Source: a candidate division WWE3 bacterium RIFCSPHIGHO2_01_FULL_42_13
GTDB taxonomy: Bacteria; Patescibacteriota; WWE3; UBA101185; UBA10185
Reading direction: 5' to 3'
Length of the DNA: 64,000 nucleotides
Assembly (NCBI GenBank): GCA_001772625.1
Contig: MEVA01000016.1
Span: forward strand, 67,159 to 131,158
This document shows positions 63,961-64,000 of the stretch, piece after piece (positions within the stretch are counted from its first letter, which is position 1; the number at the start of each line of letters is the position of its first letter). A program made the translations under genes and the position numbers. The notes beneath the pieces are model-generated. The model saw only the letters and a list, made by a program, of their open reading frames with translations, had not been told where the DNA came from and did no database searches.

Positions 63961-64000
63961 AAGTACGTTTATAAGATCCTTTTTGTCTTTAAGCGTGTTT

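Noticed and set aside
1-64000. CRISPR array or mobile element (IS, transposase, integrase) that could explain the GC-rich inserts
   Set aside because: No short direct repeats with regular spacers were seen, and no ORF shows transposase or integrase features. The two GC-rich genes are single-gene cassettes with no flanking inverted repeats that I could see. Only the compositional anomaly is reported.

Overview
This is a low-GC bacterial chromosomal segment (about 38-40% GC by hand count in sampled stretches). I call about 55 protein-coding genes, roughly 50 of them on the minus strand. Many genes overlap at start/stop codons, which indicates long polycistronic units. I found no rRNA, tRNA, CRISPR array, transposase or integrase. 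From 0.8 to 49 kb lies a very large cell-envelope glycan / extracytoplasmic glycosylation supercluster. It contains two tandem giant GT-C-like membrane proteins (1229 and 1143 aa), each followed by a small TM protein; six GT4 and five GT2 glycosyltransferases, one of them an SDR-GT4 fusion and one a double GT2; five further GT-C-fold membrane proteins, including three tandem ArnT/PMT-like paralogs and a DUF2079-like protein; two Wzx-like flippases and an LPG-synthase-like TM (flippase-like) protein; a PglC-type initiating phosphoglycosyltransferase; two polyprenyl-phosphate sugar synthases, one fused to a GtrA domain; UDP-glucose 6-dehydrogenase; two SDR epimerases/dehydratases; six class I SAM methyltransferases; a B12-binding radical SAM enzyme; a ferredoxin; and a TMK-like kinase. 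Two plus-strand genes inside this locus (an HD-motif protein at 16839..17549 and the PglC-like gene at 43683..44285) are about 10 points GC-richer than the surroundings. Each has its own sigma70-like promoter, strong SD and terminator hairpin, which suggests horizontal acquisition. From 50 to 64 kb is a housekeeping block: hup, ymdB, rny, recX, recA, a single-domain response regulator plus a cytoplasmic PAS histidine kinase, gltX, a secreted hypothetical, a D,D-carboxypeptidase, a YbaK-like deacylase, aspS (archaeal-type, 465 aa) and recJ. The gene content and architecture are compatible with a small-genome, Patescibacteria/CPR-like or Firmicute-related organism. That taxonomic placement is inference only.
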